Below, in pieces: positions 63,542-64,000 of a stretch of DNA of 64,000 nt. The position numbers and the translations under genes are program-made. The notes below the pieces were generated by a model. That model was not told where the DNA came from and searched no databases. It worked only from the letters and a program-made list of their open reading frames with translations. This DNA is from Candidatus Versatilivorator sp. (GTDB lineage Bacteria; Acidobacteriota; Terriglobia; Versatilivoradales; Versatilivoraceae): positions 4,448,001-4,512,000 of the forward strand of contig OZ242296.1 of NCBI GenBank assembly GCA_965207735.1. Direction: 5' to 3'. Numbering within the stretch: the first letter of the stretch is position 1; every line of letters begins with the position of its first letter.

Positions 63542-63949
63542 ATGGATCCAAGTCAAATCAATAGACCGAAAGAGGTCACCATCGCAGTTATACTTCTTTG
63601 CCTCTTGATGGCGACAGGTTTCATCCAGCTCATCCTGAACGCATCTATGCTCTTGAAAATAGCACCTCCAGCGTTCATAGCATTCACCGTCTCCGCTTTC
63701 TTAGGGATTGGGATTCTATTGACATATATGATTTGGAACGGGCGTAACTGGGTACGCATAACTTTCTTGGTGTTGTTTATCATCGGCACACCGTTCTCAA
63801 TTCTCCAAACACTGCAAATCCTCATCGTGGCCCCTATTTCTGGACTGCTTAATATCGGAGGGATAGTCATCCAGATAATTGCACTGATCCTTCTCTTCCA
63901 GAAACCATCTTCTGACTGGTTCAAGGAGATGAAAGTGAATCGTGGATGA
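63542..63949 (+). CDS. Hypothetical four-TM membrane protein
   Basis: AAGGAG RBS, four hydrophobic segments, GRNWVR motif, low GC. Confidence 0.8.
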   Translation: MDPSQINRPKEVTIAVILLCLLMATGFIQLILNASMLLKIAPPAFIAFTVSAFLGIGILLTYMIWNGRNWVRITFLVLFIIGTPFSILQTLQILIVAPISGLLNIGGIVIQIIALILLFQKPSSDWFKEMKVNRG

Positions 63950-64000
63950 GGGTGAGGGCCTTGAACGAGTGGCGCTTAAGCAGTTTTTTCTTTAAAGCTG

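Overview
GC-rich bacterial chromosome segment, probably Acidobacteriota and probably marine or sodium-adapted (inference from protein styles and a complete Na+-NQR operon). Core genes: aroF, folD-coaE-dsbD-tlpA, an HtrA protease, nqrABCDEF-apbE-nqrM, ilvD, lexA, an ECF sigma/anti-sigma cluster, ppiD, mreBCD-mrdA-rodA-rne and several catabolic enzymes. The intergenic spaces hold at least five families of palindromic repeats and three complete IS elements (IS4/IS5/IS1182-like, IS110, IS1634). Highlights: (1) an IS110 recombinase sits at the end of a head-to-tail array of non-autonomous elements that share its ends, with more arrays and minimal copies elsewhere; its structured 5' non-coding region contains 7-mers identical to the array junctions, suggesting RNA-guided self-targeting. 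(2) A probable island after ~57.3 kb has three copies of an unrecognised ~150-bp element with compensatory base changes, next to a perfect 39-bp inverted repeat and an unannotated ribbon-helix-helix-like gene. (3) An unannotated Trp/Tyr/Phe leader-peptide attenuator lies upstream of aroF. (4) A candidate non-canonical LexA box and a Rex/CRP-like site upstream of nqr. All calls are by eye from the sequence and ORF track; no database search or folding program was run.
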